Assembly: GCA_964016885.1 (NCBI GenBank)
Contig: CAXHJY010000652.1
Location: 1 to 64,000, forward strand
Length of the DNA: 64,000 nt
Direction of reading: 5' to 3'
From: Eledone cirrhosa
Taxonomy: Eukaryota
Positions 52,166 through 64,000 of this stretch are shown one piece after another. A program made the position numbers and the translations under genes. The notes under the pieces are model-generated. The model did no database searches. It was not told the origin of the DNA and saw only the letters and a program-made list of their open reading frames with translations. Each line of letters opens with the position of its first letter. Position 1 is the stretch's first letter.

Positions 52166-52737
52166 GTTTCAAAAAAATTCAGGAGAGAAAACCTAGAAAA
52201 ATGACCGATTTTCCAACCTCAATCCTCACCAATTTATTATATGGAACTCGAGAGTATACTATAAGTTTTTAATTTTAGTTAATACAGCATGATGCGAATT
52301 AGGTCTTAAGGGGAGTCAATCCTTCACGTATTGGCTTCGTGCGCCAAGAGTTATCGACCTTGTATTATAAATATACTTGATTTAAATTTAATCACTAGTA
52401 GAATTAATGGTTACGGGTTATTCTAAGCAGGTTAGGGTAGAGATAAGGTCAGGGTTCTGTTAGTGAGGGTTTGGCGTTAGGTGCTCAGATTCTTTCACAT
52501 AACAACAAAGAATAAATAAAGAAAAACTATTTCTTAACAGATCTAAACCGAAGTTAAATATGTAATCTATCCATTAGATTATTCATAAGGACCTATTAAC
52601 TAAGCTCATACACATATACAGACAGATTTACACATTTGCACACATACACGCATGTGTGTGTGTCATAATCATCATCATCATCTTCGTTTAACGTCCATCT
52701 TCCACGCTAGCATGGGTTATATATATATATATATATA

Positions 52738-54715
52738 CAGTGAGTTTTCGTTATACGGTATATATGCGTTCCAGAAACCCTTACAGTATATCGAATTACC
52801 GTATAAAGAACCCATTATAACATGAAATAGATAGGGATGCGTTCCAGCACATCGAAAAAGTCATCCCTCCAGAAAAGAAATAATGTTTTTTTTATTTATT
52901 TACCGTACCTTACACATGCCGCGTAATCCATCAGATGATGTGCCTCTTCATTTGTCCCTCCCGAGGCTAAGGGACAGTATGGGTTTCAGTCCTTACTCAT
53001 CTTGGGCTAAGTTGGCAGGAGAGGATGAAGGTGATGTGGGAGACTCAAAACCAACAAACTCGTTGACTGCAGGGGATGTTGAAGGGCCAGCTGTAGCACG
53101 GTTGGCAGGTGTGACTGGCTTGAAGAAAGAGTAGATGGAGGGCTTCATACATTTCTTGGTAAATCTTGACGCTTTTCTCGACGTCTTGAGCCACTTTGCT
53201 GCTCATAGCAGGGTTGAGGTCACGCTCCTTCAGGATTTCTAAGATTGTTTCGATACTCCTGAGACATTCTCTTAGAGTTTTTATGTCCAAGCCACGCACA
53301 GGTCCTTCTGCCTCCTCTTCTTTTTTTTCTGTCTCTTGTATCGCCTTGTCTAGTTCTATGAGTTCATCATTGGAGAGTGGTTCAGCGTAGCTTTCCAAAA
53401 GGTCTTGCTCATCATCATCATTAACACCATCGAAGCCAGCTCTATGGCAGAGATTTACAATATCTTTTTTTTTATCGCACCAATGTCCTCAGCAAAGCCT
53501 TGGAAGTCATTCACACATAATTTGTGGCCATAATTTATTCCAGGCCAAGTTCATGGTAGACTGCTTCACTTCTTACCAAGATGCCTTGATATTGTCTAAG
53601 CTGTGTTTGATGTTGTACAATTTCCACCATTCCCTGATCGTGGGCTTGTCAGGCCCATCTATGCCCTTTATCAGCTGCTGCATGGTTCTCCGCTGGTAGT
53701 ATGCCTTAAATGTTTTGATGACTGTTCGATCCATCGGCTGAATGAGAGCTGTGGTGTTTGGGGGAGAAACAAAACCTCAATATTTTCTGACCAGTCTTCC
53801 ATTGCCCGTGGGTGGCTGGGGGCGTTGTCTACTAATAACGGTTGGCAATGTCGTTAGCTAATGCATATTCCTTAAGGGTTGGTGACAGATATGAGGTGAA
53901 AAAATCCTGGTGAATTGAAGTGATCTTCTTATTAGACTTCCATATCACTGGTAGGTATTGCTTAAGTAACCCTTTGAATGCTCTTCGAGTTTCAGAATGG
54001 TAGATAATGAGTGGCTTTAGCTTTAAATCTCCTTCTGCATTCCCTCCAAGTAACAGAGTAACGCGGTCCTTTGAGGCTTTGAACCCCTTCGACCTTTTCT
54101 CCTCCTTGTCAATATAATTATTACTGGTCATCTTTTTCCAATAAAGTCCTGTTTCATCATAATTAGTAACCTGTTTTTTGCTCTACCCCTTCTCTGCAAT
54201 GCATTTCTCTAACACTGCCTTAAATTTTGTCGGAACTGGCAGCCTCACCTGTAACATTTATATTGTGAAGACTCGAACGTCGTTTGAACTTATCAAACCA
54301 GCCTTTGCTTGCCTTGAATACAAAGTACTCCACCCTTATTTCAGTCTTGAGCCTGTCAATAATGGACAATGCTTTCTCACTGATTACATTTAAAGACAGA
54401 GGCATATTTTGACGATTTTGGTCGTCGATCCAAATTTTGAGCAACCTTTCCATCCTATCCATAATCGGCTCACCATGTTTGGTCAACAATTTACTCTGTA
54501 GACTCGTAGTATTCTCCCCAGCCTTTTGGACAGCCTCACTATTTTTTAAAACAGTCCAGACTGTAGACTACGCTAGGCCTAAGTTACGACTTATGGCGGA
54601 CGTACCTTGCCTCTGTTCCTTCCTTTTCAAAATGTCCAGCTTTATCTCCAAAGTCAGGCTCTTCCTCATGCGTCTGCATCAGCAATATTCGCAGGACGTT
54701 TTGGGGCCATATTCT
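52738..54715 (-). mobile_element. Tigger/pogo DNA transposon, degenerate transposase
   Basis: FKASKGWFDKFKRR, GFKASKDRVTLLLGGNAEGD, PPNTTALIQPMD; TA|CAG terminus at 52738. Confidence 0.88.
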
Positions 54716-54801
54716 AATTCATTTGTCTATATCTTTTTTGTTTTTTTGTTTTTTTTTTGCTTTTCTTGATGAGACTTTCCAAGTTTTTACCCATGTTTTA
54801 T

Positions 54802-54879
54802 ATTGCCTCGTCTGACGAACGAATGAAGACGTTTCTTTCGTATTCGCCTCATTCGGGAAACCTCTGGTAATGAGGTAAT
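54802..54879 (+). ncRNA. Type I hammerhead
   Basis: attgcctcgt CTGACGA a-cgaatga...tcattcg-g GAAA cc-tct-gg TA atgaggtaat. Confidence 0.82.
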
Positions 54880-54974
54880 TATATTGTATTGATTTTTATA
54901 CATTAAATTTTGCTCTCATACTTACATAGAGCACTCTTCACTGACCTTTTCTGTTTTCAACGGAAATTTCAATA

Positions 54975-56513
<1,539 letters not shown>

Positions 56514-56921
56514 GGTGGCTGCCAACTCGTTTTCGAGTACGGCCACTACTTCATATCCATGTAGGAGAACCCCTACTGATGCGCTGAACGAGTGTGACTT
56601 TTTAGTCCAGCCAGCGACTTGAAAACTCTGGTACAAACATTACACTTGTGACAATTATTGACACATATTGCTGGGCCCATTGTACCATGTGACGACAAGT
56701 GCAGAGAGATCTCCAGATATAAAGCAATGCCTGTGCCGTGAAGCTTTTATAGTGAGCAAAGGCACTGCACAAAGCCAGTCCCACTCTCTTAACCAAGATG
56801 ATATTTACCAAAAAGAAGAACAAGTCAACATCATTGGATACCATCAGGATTGCAGGTGTTATATCAGAGTTTTCCTTCTCCTAGAATTCTGCCTTGACAA
56901 AGGCTAAGGGGTCATCTCTCC

Positions 56922-56923
<2 letters not shown>
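56514..56923. mobile_element. Truncated copy of the 18148 repeat inserted in TA
   Basis: Near-identical to 18148-18556. Confidence 0.85.
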
Positions 56924-57017
<94 letters not shown>

Positions 57018-57046
57018 TATATACATATATATATATATACATATAT

Positions 57047-57859
57047 ATAAAAACAAATAACGAAACGAAATTAAATTTCGTTTCGCTTCTAACTCACTTT
57101 TGTATGACTGACGCTTAAACAATTAAGTTAAAGTGTACATCTACATATGTATACGGAAGTATTAGTATGCATATAAATACACACATGTATACATATGTAC
57201 ATGTACTGAGTTTTTTTCACTAGACACTTTACAGTGAGTGTCAGCTACTGTGTTACATACAGACTAGCTGACACTCACTGTAAAGTGTCTAGTGAAAAAC
57301 TCAGTACATGTACATATGTATACATGTGTGTATTTATATGCATACTAATACTTCCGTATACATATGTAGATGTACACTTTAACTTAATTGTTTAAGCGTC
57401 AGTCATACAAAAGTGAGTTAGAAGCGAAACGAAATTTAATTTCGTTTCGTTATTTGTTTTTATCGTTTCCGCTGAACCGGTGCGTACAATGACTCACGTT
57501 CTATGCAAATTAGTCTACCCACTACTAATTTTCATAGAAAAAGCATATAACGATATGTGCTTTTACAATTCTCCAGAGAAGCCGGAAGATGGGTAAATAT
57601 TGCTGATGAGATGTAATAACATCGAAACTAGTCCAATATTCCTGTCTGGCCCTCTGGAGAATAGAGGAAATGTGTTTCCTTGAAAACTCGTATGACTCTA
57701 AAACCCGGTCCGTCTGTGTGGTTACATACAGACTAGCTGACACTCACTGTAAAGTGTCTAGTGAAAAACTCAGTACATGTACATATGTATACATGTGTGT
57801 ATTTATATGCATACTAATACTTCCGTATACATATGTAGATGTACACTTTAACTTAATTA
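57047..57859 (+). repeat. 469-bp hammerhead unit, ~1.3 copies, preceded by a ~200-bp inverted arm
   Basis: gttacatacagactagctg at 57252 and 57721; 57047-57247 is the reverse complement of 57265-57463. Confidence 0.92.
57596..57640 (+). ncRNA. Type I hammerhead ribozyme
   Basis: Identical to 3117-3161. Confidence 0.93.
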
Positions 57860-57890
57860 CATATATATATATATACATATATATATATAC

Positions 57891-57921
<31 letters not shown>

Positions 57922-58008
57922 CATATATATATAACGAAGGAAATGTGGTAAGGAACCAGGTGGACCATAACGCACCAAAGTACTCAATACTTGAGGTAGT
58001 AGAGTGGG

Positions 58009-58127
58009 TAATAGGAACCAGTAAGACCCCGACAGCTGAGCTCAAGCCGTTTCCACGGCTAATTCTGGTTAGAATTAGCCGTCGAAACGGCTTGAGCTCA
58101 GCTGTAGGGGTCTTACTGGTTCCTATT

Positions 58128-58128
<1 letters not shown>
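58009..58128. repeat. 120-bp near-perfect palindrome
   Basis: taataggaaccagtaagacccc...ggggtcttactggttcctatta. Confidence 0.92.
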
Positions 58129-61290
<3,162 letters not shown>

Positions 61291-61378
61291 ATAACTTTGA
61301 ATAACTTTGAAATGTTTTGGCCAGTATTGGCCCAGGCCATGTCTAACTTAATAGCACCACCTGGCGAAGTCTTTCAAT

Positions 61379-63462
61379 TCAGGATTTGGGCACCATGGCC
61401 CATTCGAGAAGAGAATTACTGTTTGCGGAGACATATCCGGGTGTGGGTGGTTTGTCCGGGATTACTTGGAGGAATTTGTCCAAAGACTTCTTGAATTTTG
61501 TGTGGTCAGTTTCTGTTTTGACGTGTCCTGGTGTGATGTTGAAGAGAGCAGGGCCGATTGAGGTGAAATAATTGTGCCGTATTGTTGTTATGAGTTGCGA
61601 TTTAGATTTTTGAATGGGACGGATAGCACGGGGCCCAAGCCTTGGGTGTATCTTGAAGGCGATGCCAACATCATTTGGGCAGTGATGATGGAACATTTTC
61701 CACATCATGCAGATAATATAACGCTCACGGCGACGTTGGAGTGAGTAAAGTTTCAGGTTTTCCAATCGACCCCAGTAGTCAAGGTCTGACATGCCATCTA
61801 TCTTTTTCGTGATTGCCCTTTGAGGAGCTTCAAGTTTCATGATACTTTGTTTCGTGTGGGGAGACCACAGTGGACAACAGTATTCAAGGTGTGGTCGGGC
61901 GAAAGTAGAGAAGAGAAGGATAATGGTGCGGGAATCTCTCGACTGGAAGGTTCTGAGGATCCAGGAACACATTCTGCGGGCCATGTCAACTTTGCTGCTT
62001 ATATGCGTGGTCCAGCTTATGTTGCTGTCCACGGTTACTCCCAAGTCTCTGATGTTGTTAGATGCCACGAGAGTTTCCCCGGAGGGAAGGGAGTACGGGA
62101 GTTTCAGAGCATCCTCTTTTCCAAAGTGGATCAGTTCGAATTTGTCTTCGTTCAGTAACATGTTGTTCTTTTCTGCCCATTGGGTAACAGCCAGTAGGTC
62201 TGACTGAAGGCTTATCCGGTCATCCACGCCATTGATGACCTTTTGGAGCTTGGAATCATCAGCGAAAATTTTAATGTTGCTGTGTTTGATGATGTCAGTG
62301 ATGTCATTAATATAGATGATGAAGAGAAGTGGGCCCAACACAGTGCCTTGTGGGACTCCACTACTGACTTTGGCTGGGCTTGATTTGACTCCCTCAACTA
62401 CAACATGTTGGGTTCTGTTTGACAGGAAGCTCTTGATCCACTGCAGCAGCTTTCCAGTGACACCAATATTGGACAGCTTTCTCAGTAGAATGTTATGATC
62501 AACCCTGTCAAAGGCCTTGCTGAAATCAAGGTAGATAACATCAGTGTTGGAACCCTCTCCCAAGGCTCTCAAAATGTCATCAAAGTGATGCAGTAGTTGC
62601 GTCAGGCAATCCCTTCCATTACGGAATCCATGCTGGTTGGAGTTCAGCATATTGTTACTCTCAAGGAAGTGGGTCATTCGCGATCTCACCACTCGCTCAA
62701 ATACCTTAATGATATGAGAGGTGAGTGAGATTGGACGGTAATTCACGGCAAGGGATTTGTTTCCCTTTTTGAAAACTGGGACAACAGACTGGGATAGAAG
62801 GTTTTCTGGCACATATCCAGCATCCAGTGAGTTCCGCCACAGATTGGCAAGAGGAGAAGCAAGTTGGTGTTGACACGCCTTCAAGACACAAGCAGGGAAC
62901 CTATCGGGACCTACTGCTGAATTATGCTTGATTTCCTTTATTGCCGCCAAGACATCAGGGGCGCCAAACGTTATGTCCGATAAGGTGTAATGGGGAGTAA
63001 CATCGCCGATACAGCCCAGATCGGCCATATCAGGATTGCTGAAAACAGAGCAGTATTGTTTCTGCAGTATCTCACCCATGGTTTTAGCATTGTCTTGAAG
63101 AGTGCCATTTTCATCAATTAGAGGGCCAACAGTAGAGCCAGTGATTTTGTGTTTTTTTGCAAATGAAAAGAACACTTTGGGATTGAGTTTGATCTTCTCA
63201 ATGGCCCAGGCCTCTTCAGCTCTTCTCTGATTGTTGATGAGGGACATTATGTTGTTTTGGAGGTTATGTTTTTTAATCTCTAGTGATGAAATGGCAGTCA
63301 AGTTGATGTGTTGCTGCTGACAGTATTTCAGCTTGTTGATTTTTTTGTTCGTTCTCTTAATTTTTCTGATGAGTGTTTTTCTATTTCTAGGGATTCTGCT
63401 CTTAGATTTGTTTATAGTTCTTAATGGGGTGTGTTTAGCACATATGTTTGTAACAGTGTCCA

Positions 63463-63463
<1 letters not shown>
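61379..63463 (-). CDS. CR1-like LINE reverse transcriptase ORF (5'-truncated, uninterrupted)
   Basis: [50 protein letters not shown]; element 61291-63462 embedded in TA with a short caaagttat-repeat tail. Confidence 0.93.

Positions 63464-64000
<537 letters not shown>

Overview
Eukaryotic, AT-rich, repeat-saturated DNA with no recognisable host gene. The long (TA)n/(TATACA)n tracts and the SINE/LINE types suggest a mollusc, probably an octopus (inference). The window is a mosaic of RTE, CR1-like, Tx1/L1, R4/Dong-like and CRE-like LINEs, a Ty3/gypsy remnant, a Tigger/pogo transposon, tRNA-derived SINEs and Penelope-like elements (PLEs), many inserted in TA or CATA microsatellites. Most short ORFs in the track are microsatellite or antisense artefacts. 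Highlights: (1) a 469-bp non-coding tandem unit with a perfect type I hammerhead ribozyme and an inverted octamer pair, present as permuted 1.3-1.6-mers at two loci, with a diverged covarying relative at ~30.4 kb (retrozyme / newt satellite-2-like system); (2) a GIY-YIG PLE with an extra upstream ORF joined to the RT frame by a T_TTT_TTA -1 slippery site; (3) about ten intact or near-intact hammerheads plus several decayed ones; (4) many fold-back hairpins typical of PLE-mediated insertion. All calls come from reading the sequence by eye; no searches were run.
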